Shown piece by piece: positions 51,393 through 61,176 of a stretch of DNA of 64,000 bases. Where the stretch lies: positions 1-64,000 of the forward strand of contig JAITVV010000017.1 in NCBI GenBank assembly GCA_031285625.1, written 5' to 3'. How positions within the stretch are numbered: the first letter of the stretch is position 1; each line of letters begins with the position of its first letter. The position numbers were made by a program, and so were the translations under genes. Source of the stretch: Prevotella sp. (GTDB lineage: Bacteria; Bacteroidota; Bacteroidia; Bacteroidales; Dysgonomonadaceae). The notes below the pieces were generated by a model, which did no database searches, was not told the origin of the DNA, and saw only the letters and a program-made list of their open reading frames with translations.

Positions 51393-52841
51393 TTATTTTT
51401 TATTTAACTTACTATGCTTGATACCATAAGTGAAATAAATAATAAAACCTAATACAGTCCATCCTATCATTCGCTCCCAGGTACTCCACGGTAGCGACAC
51501 CATTTGTACGATGCAGATTGCAGCACCAAGGAGTGGTATAAAAGGGACAAAAGGAGTTTTGAAAGGGCGTTTCAGGTCAGGTTGTGTTTTACGTAATATA
51601 ACAATCGATATACAAACTATTGTAAATGCCATCAATGTTCCTATCGATACGAGTTCGCTCAACACATGTAAAGGAAACAAGCCAGCAATCAAGCCTGTCA
51701 CAATACTCGCAAAGATAGTTGCATTATGAGGAACTCCATGTTTAGGATGAACTTTAGAGAACACTTTGGGCAATAGCCCGTCTTGTGATATAGAGTAATA
51801 AATCCGTGATTGCCCAAGCATCATCACCAATATAACCGAACTGAGACCTGCAATAGCTCCCAACTTAATAAATGGACTCAACCATGCCAATCCCTCTCCT
51901 GCACGATCGATAGCTAAAGCAATAGGTGCATCCACATTCAGGTCTTTATAATTGACGATCCCTGTTAATACAGTTGTCACTGCAATATAAAGTAATGCAC
52001 ATATAATAAGTGAAATCAATATACCTTTTGGCATATCTTTTTGTGGATTTTTAGCTTCGCCTGCAGCTGTAGAAAGTGCATCGAAACCCAGATATGCATA
52101 AAAAACAACTGCAGCCCCCCTTAGTATACCCGTCCATCCAAAACTCCCATATCCTCCGGTATTCTCAGGAATATATGGTACCCAATTGCTGGTATCAATA
52201 TAGGATAATCCAAAACCGATAAAAAGCAGAATAACGCTCACCTTGATAACCACAATCACATTGTTTACCAAAGCCGACTGTTTAATTCCCCCAATAAGGA
52301 ATGCTGAAACAACAGCTACAATAAACACCGCAGGGAAATTAATTATTTTACCAGTCCATACCCAGCTTCCATCTTTAAGATGATCAAAAGTAGCTCCTGA
52401 TATCTGATGGGGAAAATCAACACCCCATTCATTTAGCAGGCTCAACATATAGCCAGACCATCCAACAGCAACGCTGGAACAAGCAAAAAGGTATTCAAGA
52501 ATAAGAATCCATCCTACAAACCATGCCAATATCTCCCCCATTGTGGTATAGCTATATGAGTATACTCCACCAGAAACAGGTATCATAGCAGCAAATTCGG
52601 CATAACACAGTCCTGCCATCACACAACTTAAAGCAGAAATAACAAACGATATAGTGAGAGCCGGACCTGCATACATAGCTGCAGCCTGCCCTGTAATGAC
52701 AAAAATACCAGTACCAACAATAGCCCCAATACCTAGTGTAACAAGATTAGTTGCAGAAAGACTTCTTTTAAGTCCCCTATTTACAGTAGGTTCATTGAGT
52801 ATTGCCGAGATATCCTTTTTCTTGAATAACCTGTCAATCAT
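51393..52841 (-). CDS. APC-family amino acid permease
   Basis: LGIGAIVGTGIF, LCYAEFAAMIPVSGG, FYAYLGFD, EAKNPQKDMP. Confidence 0.93.
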   Translation of the reverse strand: MIDRLFKKKDISAILNEPTVNRGLKRSLSATNLVTLGIGAIVGTGIFVITGQAAAMYAGPALTISFVISALSCVMAGLCYAEFAAMIPVSGGVYSYSYTTMGEILAWFVGWILILEYLFACSSVAVGWSGYMLSLLNEWGVDFPHQISGATFDHLKDGSWVWTGKIINFPAVFIVAVVSAFLIGGIKQSALVNNVIVVIKVSVILLFIGFGLSYIDTSNWVPYIPENTGGYGSFGWTGILRGAAVVFYAYLGFDALSTAAGEAKNPQKDMPKGILISLIICALLYIAVTTVLTGIVNYKDLNVDAPIALAIDRAGEGLAWLSPFIKLGAIAGLSSVILVMMLGQSRIYYSISQDGLLPKVFSKVHPKHGVPHNATIFASIVTGLIAGLFPLHVLSELVSIGTLMAFTIVCISIVILRKTQPDLKRPFKTPFVPFIPLLGAAICIVQMVSLPWSTWERMIGWTVLGFIIYFTYGIKHSKLNKK

Positions 52842-52968
52842 AATGGAAATTTTTGTGCAAAAATAAGGAAATAACAAATTAAATCTAAATATTTAACCTT
52901 TATATTACTTTACACAATAAAACAAAATACTGGAACCTAATGTTTTATCAATAATAAATGATATTGAT

Positions 52969-53334
52969 ATGACACAGATAAAGTTAAAACGTGTATATGA
53001 AGATCAGTCTGATAGCGACGGCTTCCGTATATTAGTAGATAAGCTATGGCCAAGAGGTATGAAGAAAGAGCACCTGCATTACGATTTATGGGCAAAAGAT
53101 ATTACTCCCTCCTCTAATTTACGTAAATGGTTTCATGATGATATACAGGACAGATGGAATGATTTCTCTGTGATGTACCAGAAAGAACTAAGTGATTCTA
53201 CATATGCAAAAAATTTAATTGATAATATAAAATTCAGAAAAGTAGTAACTTTACTATATGCCTCTAAAGAACCAGAACATAACCATGCAAAAATATTAAA
53301 GGCATACCTAGATAAGATGCTTGAGAAAAAATAA
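52969..53334 (+). CDS. DUF488 / YeaO-family protein
   Basis: KRVYE...DGFRILVDKLWPRG...PSSNLRKWFH...HNHA. Confidence 0.9.
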   Translation: MTQIKLKRVYEDQSDSDGFRILVDKLWPRGMKKEHLHYDLWAKDITPSSNLRKWFHDDIQDRWNDFSVMYQKELSDSTYAKNLIDNIKFRKVVTLLYASKEPEHNHAKILKAYLDKMLEKK

Positions 53335-53421
53335 TCTTTCCCGGAATTTTGTTAAATTTGCTATTCTCTCTAATAAACGTATGCCTTGCTGCTGAAATTA
53401 CATTAATAAAAACTCGGATAT

Positions 53422-53970
53422 ATGCCAACATTAGATGACTTTCTGGACCGTATTGAACTCCTAAGCGATGATTTTAAATGGTACAATTACAAACAGAGTC
53501 CTGCAACAAAGGAACAGATAGAGATGTATGAAAGAAACCATGGTCTTCAATTTAATGATGATATAAAGATATTTCTTCTGACATATGGTGCCGTTATACT
53601 CGAAGTGGAAGAAAAGATATGGCCGCGTCCGAATGAATATGACGTTTTACCAGCATGGGAATTTGGCTATGGCCTGTTTATCTATGGTCTATCTTCGAAT
53701 AAAGATATGCTATCATGGCTCACTTATGACGAAAAATTTCTCGAAACAATGACTTCAGGAGATATTTCATTAGGACAATTATTTTATAAACGTACGGGAA
53801 ATCTATACAGAGCATATATCAATAATGATGTAATCACTATAGAGTATGACAGACTGGGCAATGATAAAGAGATATATAGCGGAAATTTTTATGATTTTTT
53901 GATCAATGAGGTTAACAAGCTTGATGCAGATTATCAAGAGTATATAAAGATACATAACAAACAAAAATAA
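53422..53970 (+). CDS. SMI1/KNR4 (SUKH) family protein
   Basis: PATKEQIEMYERNHGLQFNDDIKIFLLTYG N-terminal SUKH signature. Confidence 0.7.
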   Translation: MPTLDDFLDRIELLSDDFKWYNYKQSPATKEQIEMYERNHGLQFNDDIKIFLLTYGAVILEVEEKIWPRPNEYDVLPAWEFGYGLFIYGLSSNKDMLSWLTYDEKFLETMTSGDISLGQLFYKRTGNLYRAYINNDVITIEYDRLGNDKEIYSGNFYDFLINEVNKLDADYQEYIKIHNKQK

Positions 53971-53974
53971 GATT

Positions 53975-54760
53975 ATGAAAATAACAATTGTAGGTGGAGG
54001 AAATATGGGAGGGGCTATTGCAAAAGGGTTAGCTACGGGCACCTTTTCTAAGCCTGAGGATATAACTGTAATTAATAAGACACAAAATACAACAGACCAA
54101 TTAAAAAAGGCTAATCCTAACCTGAATGTGGTAACAGGCACATATGAATCTATATCTGCAGCCGATATTGTGATCATTGCAGTAAAACCATGGTTAGTAG
54201 AAGAAATTTTGTGTAATCATAAAGATAAACTGAAGAACCCTGATCAGATATTAATCTCAGTTGCTTCAGGAGTATCTCTGCAACAATTAGCGAATTGGTC
54301 TATAGCTCAAAAGGCATTTTTCAGAGCAATCCCTAACACAGCAATAGCCCAGAAAGAAAGTATGACTTTTATATCATCACTGAATGCAAGTGACACACAA
54401 AATAAATTAATTTTGAGTCTTTTTAATGAGTTAGGTAGAACGGAACTGATAGATGAAAAACTGTTATCAGCAGCAACTTCTCTGTCTTCTTGTGGTATAG
54501 CATATGCTTTCCGTTATATCAGAGCAGCGATGGAAGGTGGAATAGAAATGGGATTGTATCCCCATCAGGCCAAAAGTGCGATACTTCAAACACTACGTGG
54601 CGCAATAGAATTATTAGAGGCGAATGATTCTCATCCGGAAGCTGAAATAGATAAGGTAACTACAGCCGGAGGTATCACAATAAAAGGGCTAAATGAGATG
54701 GAGCATGCTGGTTTTACGTCTGCTGTCATCAGGGGATTGAAAGCTAGTAATGTGAAATAA
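53975..54760 (+). CDS. proC: Pyrroline-5-carboxylate reductase
   Basis: GGGNMG, IAVKP, RAIPNT, VTTAGGITIKGL. Confidence 0.95.
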   Translation: MKITIVGGGNMGGAIAKGLATGTFSKPEDITVINKTQNTTDQLKKANPNLNVVTGTYESISAADIVIIAVKPWLVEEILCNHKDKLKNPDQILISVASGVSLQQLANWSIAQKAFFRAIPNTAIAQKESMTFISSLNASDTQNKLILSLFNELGRTELIDEKLLSAATSLSSCGIAYAFRYIRAAMEGGIEMGLYPHQAKSAILQTLRGAIELLEANDSHPEAEIDKVTTAGGITIKGLNEMEHAGFTSAVIRGLKASNVK

Positions 54761-54903
54761 AGGCTCTAAGATTTCGATATTCTAAATCAAATCTAAAAAA
54801 ATTATATATAGAGGAAGGAAATCGATTAAGAATTCCCTCCTTTATTTTCTTATATCAAACAAAAAAAGCCACATACCTTTTTAAAGTATGAAGCATTAAA
54901 AAC

Positions 54904-54939
54904 AAAAGTAAGAGATCATTCCAATGATCTCCCACTTTT
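54904..54939 (-). terminator. Probable terminator of the T9SS cargo operon
   Basis: GAGATCATT-cc-AATGATCTC inverted repeat with flanking AAAAGT/ACTTTT. Confidence 0.6.
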
Positions 54940-54961
54940 AATCTATATCTAAATTATATTT

Positions 54962-55363
54962 TTAAAGATTACTCTTCCTCTTAGAAGTAGTTACCCCTCT
55001 GTATACAAAGTATATTACTAGAGCAAACAATACAATAGGTAAAGTTACATCTCCAATTGGTGCAGCTGCACCTACCTGTCCGGGATCTGTTGTTTCTCCA
55101 CTCTGGCCAGGTAATGTAAGTTCATCCCAATCATTAAGAGCTAAAGGACCCATTGTCTTTGCAGTAGAAGCCATTGAAGATACCTCTGTTCCTGCCCCAA
55201 CAGACATTTTCTCTATATTTGATAAAGTTACCGAAGAGGGTGACTTACTTGAAATAACAGGGGACTCCATAGCATCTGGTTCAGCAGCATTCACTGAAAC
55301 AGTTGGTATAATAAAACCAAAGGAAGCCATTAAAAATACAAATATCACTAGTTTTGTTCTCAT
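54962..55363 (-). CDS. Small exported low-complexity protein with PID-CTERM-like sorting signal
   Basis: Signal peptide; Ser/Thr/Pro-rich; ends APIGD plus TM plus basic tail SKRKSNL. Confidence 0.7.
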   Translation of the reverse strand: MRTKLVIFVFLMASFGFIIPTVSVNAAEPDAMESPVISSKSPSSVTLSNIEKMSVGAGTEVSSMASTAKTMGPLALNDWDELTLPGQSGETTDPGQVGAAAPIGDVTLPIVLFALVIYFVYRGVTTSKRKSNL

Positions 55364-55399
55364 CTGTTCTATTTTACGTAGGTCTGTGTTTTCTTTTAT

Positions 55400-57973
55400 T
55401 TAGTTTTGTAAGTTTACAAATTTAGCTGTAAAGTTTCTCTTCCCAGAAATTTTTACAATATATGTACCCAAACTTAATGATTTTGGATATTCAAATGATG
55501 GATAATTATTTATTGTGGTCTTCCCTACTAATCGACCTTGCATATCAAATATCTGCAAACTACTATCAAGATCATTTTCATTTAACCCTAAAATATGTAA
55601 TATGGAAGTGTTATAATAGCAAGTAATAGGACTTTCTTCTTTTATAATATCCTCATTGTCACCATAGAAACGAAGTATGAAGCGATTTTCTGCAACATCC
55701 CTCAAATCAGAAGGACCAGATGAATACTCATACACATAACCCGGAGTCAACTTGACAGTTTTATTATTTTCATATTTGTCTATCAGCCAAACATTCGATA
55801 CAGCTGTAACATTCTCTAAGTTAATAAAGTTTAATTTCATTGTCTGTTGGGTTGCTGGAGGAGTAACATACAATGTTAATTCCTTAACATTCAACGGCAC
55901 AGCATTTCCTAACATTCCATTTCCGTCACTTGATTTTGTATAAACATAAGTAGAACCTTGTTCCGGATAAACCACCGCTTCCGATTTTGAATTTTTATTC
56001 TCAGGATCCGGTTCAGTTATAGCAGTAGTGAAACTTTTTGTAGTATCAAATAAGTCGGTGCTCTCCATTTGAGCTCCATCACGTAAAACAACTGCTGTTC
56101 TATCTGCAGTATTGTCTAAAGTACTAGCTACTTCAACAACAAAGAAATCAGATAAAAGACTTGAGTTTGCACTAGCATTCTTTAAGAAACGTGTTGTTCC
56201 AAAAGTTCTCAACTTAGGACTCAATTTTATATCAAATGCTTTATTAGTCTGCAAAATGAACATCTGCATCGGAGCAATTAAGAAGTTAGCAGGATCATTT
56301 ATTGTTTTTGTCGAATTATCTCTATCTCCTATACCAGCTACAGCGGTAGTACCATCTGTACTCACATAGTCATAGTTTACTGTCATGTGATACTTATTAG
56401 CTGAATAGTGAATTAACGCTGTGTTTACAACCCAATATTTAGAGCGTATAATATTATCAACATTATTATGATCCAAAGAAGCTTTAACTCCTGTTCCAAA
56501 TAATTCAGAAACATCAATAAAATTAGTAGACACATCCACTCCTGCATATTTAGAAGGATCATCTACAGTCATAACGTTATTATAACCAAGTCCTAACAAT
56601 GGATTCAAACTTATAGGAGCCATAAAAGGATTTCCCAAGAAATTAAGTCCTCTCTCTAAACTGATATCAACATCTGTCACAGTAAATTTTTCAGTATCGA
56701 TATATTCAATTTTATCTCTACCAAAATCCGGCCAGTCTACATAAATACCTGACCAACCTCCAGGTTTAGTACCTTTAGTAGCATTACTAGGATCATCAAC
56801 TGCCGCGAACCGACTAAAATCTTTCAAATAGTCTGTTGAACCAGGATTTGCAACCCCTCCATTATTGAAATACTCTCTCATTAGTCGACGAGAAAATTCA
56901 AATTTACCTCTAGCTCTATTCTTTTCATTTATTGTCATAGTAGACAAAGGTGCAGACCATCTATAATTAATGATATCATTATCATAGTCTGTAAGATCCA
57001 TAGTCATAAAATAACCATATCCAGCTTTCATTTTATAATTAGGATCTTGAATAGTACCTTTCCCTGAAGTCAAACTAGTCTGATCAGGTTTCATCAAAAC
57101 ATGATACATCAAATAGTCATTACCCATCTCTTTGAAAGGTGGAGTAAAACCAGTCAAATAATTCTTCTTATCTCCATTACGCAATGTATTTCCACCTGAT
57201 GGAACAGAAGCAACCTCATGATTAGCTGAGAAGTTCGATCCATCCTCATCTAGTTCGCTATTATATTTATACATTGTCAAATTCATCTGACTATAACCAA
57301 CCAAATCCGTATTTATTGCCAAATCTTTTTCTCCATCGTTAATAATAAGAGCCTGACCTATATTTAATTTTTGAGGAGTAGTAGCATCATAACCACCTTC
57401 CACAACAAATCTACTGGTTCCTAACGTATTAGAAGCATTCAATGGTGCAACCAAATTATTCACAACAACAGCAGCCGAAGAGTCCACAGCCACAAACCCA
57501 TGAGTTCTAGGATCCAAACCTGCAGCTGTTGTTTTCTCTATCCTTAGTGTAGGGAATTTTATATAATTCTTATTTTTTTGTGAACCTTTTTGAAGAAGAA
57601 GAAGCGCATTAGACCTCCGAATTGTTTGTTTATTATCTGCTCCAATAAAAGCAATCACTCCTTTATTAAGATCTGCTTCCGGATCTTTAAACAAATTCAA
57701 ATAGTCAGCCTCAGCACCTACAGCATCCGGGTCTTTACCATTAATAAAATCCCCTGTTAACTCTGTACGTCCTTTCTGAACTATTCCTGAACCATCGGAA
57801 AATTCGGCAGAACCTTTAATATACAAAGTCGTAGAACCACTGGCCTCACCTGTAGTATAACTGCTATTAAACTTAACATGCATTTTACCCTTTGAGTAAA
57901 AAACAACTGGAGATTGCCCTTTCATCAGTAAAGGCAAGAAAAGTAAGATAACTAATCCTAATCGAAGTTTCAT
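55400..57973 (-). CDS. Secreted protein with T9SS type A C-terminal domain
   Basis: SpI signal ending MKG-Q; NFLGNPFMAPI and IAPMQMF motifs; CTD IFDMQGRLV...GTYIVKI...AKFV. Confidence 0.8.
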   Translation of the reverse strand: MKLRLGLVILLFLPLLMKGQSPVVFYSKGKMHVKFNSSYTTGEASGSTTLYIKGSAEFSDGSGIVQKGRTELTGDFINGKDPDAVGAEADYLNLFKDPEADLNKGVIAFIGADNKQTIRRSNALLLLQKGSQKNKNYIKFPTLRIEKTTAAGLDPRTHGFVAVDSSAAVVVNNLVAPLNASNTLGTSRFVVEGGYDATTPQKLNIGQALIINDGEKDLAINTDLVGYSQMNLTMYKYNSELDEDGSNFSANHEVASVPSGGNTLRNGDKKNYLTGFTPPFKEMGNDYLMYHVLMKPDQTSLTSGKGTIQDPNYKMKAGYGYFMTMDLTDYDNDIINYRWSAPLSTMTINEKNRARGKFEFSRRLMREYFNNGGVANPGSTDYLKDFSRFAAVDDPSNATKGTKPGGWSGIYVDWPDFGRDKIEYIDTEKFTVTDVDISLERGLNFLGNPFMAPISLNPLLGLGYNNVMTVDDPSKYAGVDVSTNFIDVSELFGTGVKASLDHNNVDNIIRSKYWVVNTALIHYSANKYHMTVNYDYVSTDGTTAVAGIGDRDNSTKTINDPANFLIAPMQMFILQTNKAFDIKLSPKLRTFGTTRFLKNASANSSLLSDFFVVEVASTLDNTADRTAVVLRDGAQMESTDLFDTTKSFTTAITEPDPENKNSKSEAVVYPEQGSTYVYTKSSDGNGMLGNAVPLNVKELTLYVTPPATQQTMKLNFINLENVTAVSNVWLIDKYENNKTVKLTPGYVYEYSSGPSDLRDVAENRFILRFYGDNEDIIKEESPITCYYNTSILHILGLNENDLDSSLQIFDMQGRLVGKTTINNYPSFEYPKSLSLGTYIVKISGKRNFTAKFVNLQN

Positions 57974-58188
57974 ATTGTAGTTTTATAAAAGTCAGTAATA
58001 ATCAACCTATTATAATAAAATGCACCTTTAGTTAAGTCTTCAGTGCTTAAATACATTACTATATATCGTCGAGCAAAGATAACTATTTTTTTTAATTTAT
58101 AAACATTCCTTACTATTTTTTTCAGACTAAAATACATAATAACTCATTCTTTAGTACATTTCATTACTTTGTGAAGTAGAAAAAAAAA

Positions 58189-59709
58189 TCATAAATGACA
58201 AGTTCTTAATAAATCATTGATTGTTTTTACAGGATTAAATGTTTCTATTGGCACCTCTATAAATATTGTATTCCAATCAGACATAGCTCCGTTCCACAAT
58301 CCTGGTAACTCCAAAGCTTTTAGCTCTTTACCATTTTTAGATTTGATGGATATAAAACCGGTGTTACTATCCACATAATTCTTGAGATTAAAATGATGTC
58401 CTCTATAATCTTTCACACCACACACCAGGTCGACCGGATTGAAATGTGTTCCACTTTCAAACATCTCTTTCTTTTCCGGATCTGACATATCAACTTGAGA
58501 GCTTTCCAATATCTGAGGGGAAACAGTTCCATCTGCATTTACAGCGAGAAATGGTCCGCCTCCGGGTTCTCCGACATTACGCACCATACCACAAACGCGA
58601 ATTGGACGATCTAATTTACGCTTTAAATAAAGGACCAATTCTGCATCCTCTAGTAATTTAGTGTCCGGATTTTTTATATTTAACTCATTTTGCAAGAAAT
58701 ATAATATTTCCATCAATTCGTCATGAGAGTATTTACCACTATCTATTAATTTCAAATAATCAAAGATTTTTCTTTGAGTATCTACCAGCACTCCCGCCAG
58801 TATTTTTTTATACTTTGTTTCCGTTTCTTTATACTTATCTGGAATTGTATTATCTATATTCTTCAAGTAAACAATATCTGCATCAATATTGTTCAAATTT
58901 TCTATTAAAGATCCGTGACCTCCAGGACGAAACAACAATTTTCCTTCTTTGCGGAAGGGTTCATTATTTACATCAGCTGCTATTGTATCCGTACTTGGAC
59001 TTTGTTCACTAAAGCTTATATCATATATAACATGTAGTTCATTTTCCAAATTCTGCTTTTTCTCTTTTATAAGATTTTCAAACAGTGATCTATGTTCAGG
59101 AGATATTGTGAAATGAATATTTACATCCCCTTTATCATTTTTAGCATATAAATAACCCTCCACCAGATGCTCTTCTACCGGGGTACGGGAATTATCGCCA
59201 TACTTATGGAATTTCAATAATCCTTTTGGTAAATTTCCATAATTCAAACCATCTACCTTTAATAGATTTTTTATAATAGCCTTATAATTACCTTCAGTCA
59301 ATAATGTAATAATATTCTTTCCTTCGTTTTTTAAACATACAGTATCCAGATCCTGATAAAATGCAAATTTTTCAAGATCAGAAAAGAACTTTTTCTCAAA
59401 ATCTGTTGTCGGGGTATTATATGGCGCATCCAAAAACTCGAACAAATCCTTAAACATTCTACTGGCTGCACCAGAGGCAGGAACGAACTTTACTATTTTC
59501 TTTACGGGAGAAGCTTTATATGTATCCCAACTATCAAGGTATTCCTTTTCTTCCTCAGGGGTTACTACTTTTATACCTTTCTCTACCGAAGCTGCAGCAG
59601 CAAGATCCAGAAATGGGAAGCCTTTTTTAAAACTTTCCAACTGTGCCAGTAATTGCTCCTCAGTTATTCCTTTTTCTTCAATATAGTTTTTATCCGATTC
59701 GCTTATCAT
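58189..59709 (-). CDS. DUF4301 family protein
   Basis: KFVPASGAASRMFK, FRPGGHGSL, GEPGGGPF, ELPGLWNG, FNPVKT. Confidence 0.9.
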   Translation of the reverse strand: MISESDKNYIEEKGITEEQLLAQLESFKKGFPFLDLAAAASVEKGIKVVTPEEEKEYLDSWDTYKASPVKKIVKFVPASGAASRMFKDLFEFLDAPYNTPTTDFEKKFFSDLEKFAFYQDLDTVCLKNEGKNIITLLTEGNYKAIIKNLLKVDGLNYGNLPKGLLKFHKYGDNSRTPVEEHLVEGYLYAKNDKGDVNIHFTISPEHRSLFENLIKEKKQNLENELHVIYDISFSEQSPSTDTIAADVNNEPFRKEGKLLFRPGGHGSLIENLNNIDADIVYLKNIDNTIPDKYKETETKYKKILAGVLVDTQRKIFDYLKLIDSGKYSHDELMEILYFLQNELNIKNPDTKLLEDAELVLYLKRKLDRPIRVCGMVRNVGEPGGGPFLAVNADGTVSPQILESSQVDMSDPEKKEMFESGTHFNPVDLVCGVKDYRGHHFNLKNYVDSNTGFISIKSKNGKELKALELPGLWNGAMSDWNTIFIEVPIETFNPVKTINDLLRTCHL

Positions 59710-59765
59710 AAGATAGTTTATTTGTATTAATGTATATGTACAAAACTAAGAAAAATATTAAAACA

Positions 59766-60293
59766 TCACCTCAACTGTTTCGAAAATTCCCATATAACAA
59801 TACCGGCTGCAACGGAAACATTTAGAGAATGTTTAGTTCCGAATTGAGGTATTTCTATACAACAATCACACATATCAACGTATTGCTGTGGCACTCCTTT
59901 CACTTCATTACCCAGTATAATAGCATAATTATTGTCCGCATTCAAATTCAATTCATTCAGCATTACACTATTTTCTGCTTGTTCGATAGCACAAATGATA
60001 TATTGCTCTTTTTTTAACTGGGCAATAGCCTCCCCTGTATTATCAAAATATCTCCATTCTACTGAATCTTCTGCACCCAATGCCGTCTTATGAATCTCCA
60101 CATTGGGAGGTGTGGCGGTAATACCACATAAGTAAATAGACTTAACCAGAAATGCATCGGAAGAACGAAACACCGAACCTATATTATTTAGGCTTCTTAT
60201 ATTATCTAATATTACAACCAGTGGAATTTTGGGCTCTTCTTTAAATTCGGCAATCGATAATCTATTTAGTTCTGTAATTTTCTTAACCCTCAT
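59766..60293 (-). CDS. SpoU/TrmH family RNA methyltransferase
   Basis: LDNIRSLNNIGSVFRS; LGNEVKGV; SLNVSVAAG. Confidence 0.93.
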   Translation of the reverse strand: MRVKKITELNRLSIAEFKEEPKIPLVVILDNIRSLNNIGSVFRSSDAFLVKSIYLCGITATPPNVEIHKTALGAEDSVEWRYFDNTGEAIAQLKKEQYIICAIEQAENSVMLNELNLNADNNYAIILGNEVKGVPQQYVDMCDCCIEIPQFGTKHSLNVSVAAGIVIWEFSKQLR

Positions 60294-60301
60294 AAATCTG
60301 A

Positions 60302-60655
60302 TTAATCAACCAAAACAACACTGGCATAGTCCAGTTGCGCACCCATCGGAGGATTGCGTTTTGATAATTTAATTTCAATACTTTGTATTTGTTTATATTT
60401 TCTTTTAAGACGTTTAATTATTCTATATGCTGCATTTTCAAGCAATTTAGAAGGAATTTGCATCTCTGCTTTTACTTCCTCAAATATATCGGCATAGCTA
60501 ATTGTATCATCTAAAGAGTCAGACTCTGCAGCCTTAAACAGGTCAAGGTTTATTTTTAAATTTACAACATATTCATTTCCGACTCTCGTTTCTTGTGGTA
60601 ACACTCCGTGATAAGCATAAAAAACTATGTTTTCCAGTAAAATAAAACTTTTCAT
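60302..60655 (-). CDS. folB: Dihydroneopterin aldolase
   Basis: FYAYHGVLPQE, SDSLDDTISY, LLE, KRNPP. Confidence 0.95.
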   Translation of the reverse strand: MKSFILLENIVFYAYHGVLPQETRVGNEYVVNLKINLDLFKAAESDSLDDTISYADIFEEVKAEMQIPSKLLENAAYRIIKRLKRKYKQIQSIEIKLSKRNPPMGAQLDYASVVLVD

Positions 60656-60754
60656 AAAGAGTTAAAATAAAACGGTACAAAGCTAAGTTTTTTATTTATA
60701 TTTGTTGGTTAATGATCAGACAAAAAAATATAAAACTTAGCAAAACATTAGATT

Positions 60755-61153
60755 ATGATCAAGGGGAAATCAAAAGAAACAACACCTTACACTTCAAGTA
60801 CGCATAATATTCTTGCGTCAGGCACAAAACTACATGGAGAAATTACATCCGAAGAGGATTTTCGTATCGACGGCACAATAGAGGGCAATATTCAATGTCG
60901 TGGAAAAATTATTATTGGTCAGAGTGGAGCGGTTAACGGTAATATAGATTGTTGCAATATAGACCTGTTTGGCAAAGTAACGGGGAACATTATCTGTTCC
61001 GAAACCGTTATTCTAAAAGCCAGTTCATATTTATCAGGAGAGATCAAAACCCGTATAATAGAGATAGAGCCTGGAGCCAATTTTGAAGGAACTTGTTCGA
61101 TGCTAAATAATAATGTAAATAATAATAGCTTAACTGGTTCTTTGGAAGTGTAA
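60755..61153 (+). CDS. Bactofilin (polymer-forming cytoskeletal protein)
   Basis: Beta-helix repeats RIDGTIEGNI, GAVNGNI, IEPGANFEG. Confidence 0.93.
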   Translation: MIKGKSKETTPYTSSTHNILASGTKLHGEITSEEDFRIDGTIEGNIQCRGKIIIGQSGAVNGNIDCCNIDLFGKVTGNIICSETVILKASSYLSGEIKTRIIEIEPGANFEGTCSMLNNNVNNNSLTGSLEV

Positions 61154-61176
61154 ATACATACCAAAATAATATAGTT

